The notes under the pieces are model-generated. The model had not been told where the DNA came from, searched no databases, and saw nothing but the letters and a program-made list of their open reading frames with translations. Source: Lingula anatina (lineage: Eukaryota; Animalia; Brachiopoda). From it: a stretch of DNA of 64,000 nt. Shown here one piece after another: positions 63,356 to 64,000 of this stretch. The position numbers and the translations under genes are program-made. Every line of letters begins with the position of its first letter. The stretch's first letter is position 1. The DNA lies in NCBI GenBank assembly GCA_051362555.1, contig CM120644.1, forward strand, positions 16,514,534-16,578,533, given 5' to 3'.

Positions 63356-63408
<53 letters not shown>
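63343..63408. repeat. (CA)n microsatellite
   Basis: Direct reading. Confidence 0.9.
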
Positions 63409-63409
<1 letters not shown>

Positions 63410-64000
63410 ATATGGCAAGCAAATGCACTTTCATTGGCACACATCACAAATTATTCAACGACTGCTTACTCCATCATGCATATACACAGACCTGGCATAT
63501 AAACTGTGCATACTTAATGGCATTGACTTCACAGTTGCCTCAACTGGTGTGATCAGAACAAATGTACACTGCCCCTTACTTGACATCTGTGCACGTTGTA
63601 GTCTGGTTTACACTGGCCAAAATCCATTGCGATCCATGTCTGTATATTTGTCTTCATGGAAAGCAGGTTGCTTTTGTGCTGTGTGTGTGTGCACGCACGC
63701 GCGTGTGTGTGTGTGTGTGTGAGCATGTGTATGCATGTGTGTGAATGAGAATCCATACTCGATAATGCAATCAAAGTTCAATAATTGTCTTAATTGTCTT
63801 TGTATTAAGCATGCAATTTGTCATCTGTTGTGCTCTGTGATTGATTTATAACTTACTTCTCTGTACGAAGCAATGCAACCCATTTGCTTCCTTGCGATTG
63901 ACACACAATCTGGTCTAAAACACACCTGGTTCACTTGCACTGCACCATAAGAAGCAGTGTAAACGGGACAAATTTGCACCTGGTTAATCTTTGACTTCTG

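Noticed and set aside
62836-63690. Exon-like, GC-richer segments on the minus strand near the window end
   Set aside because: Several frames are plausible, none gives a recognisable domain or a consistent gene model.

Overview
AT-rich, intron-containing eukaryotic (metazoan) genomic DNA. The gene and transposon content suggests a marine invertebrate, possibly a mollusc (inference only). Most of the window is an innate-immunity/secreted-protein cluster. (i) 1-15.7 kb: two tandem copies of a unit made of a single-cysteine-cluster Toll-like receptor (LRR-TM | intron | TIR) followed by an intronless orphan coiled-coil gene with NF-kB-like sites; the second coiled-coil copy is destroyed by a DIRS/Ngaro-type retroelement that itself carries nested MITEs. 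(ii) 19.9-27.2 kb, minus strand: an 8-exon gene that the ORF track does not show, reconstructed here from splice sites. It encodes a 295-aa secreted protein: signal peptide, Lys/Ala/Pro-rich basic tract, Glu/Asn acidic tract, and a 10-Cys three-finger (Ly6/uPAR-like) domain. (iii) 31.6-47.0 kb: five tandem coiled-coil-neck C-type lectin genes (four intact, one pseudogene) with mosaic ancestry and differing sugar-binding motifs (QPD/WND, QPN/WSD, KPD/WDD, QPD/WND). (iv) 56-61 kb: probable 5' exons of a Gln-rich gene whose splice donor is amplified about 17 times in a 43-bp minisatellite. Several MITEs, a LINE 3' fragment and microsatellites are also present. All gene models were read by eye and need transcript confirmation.
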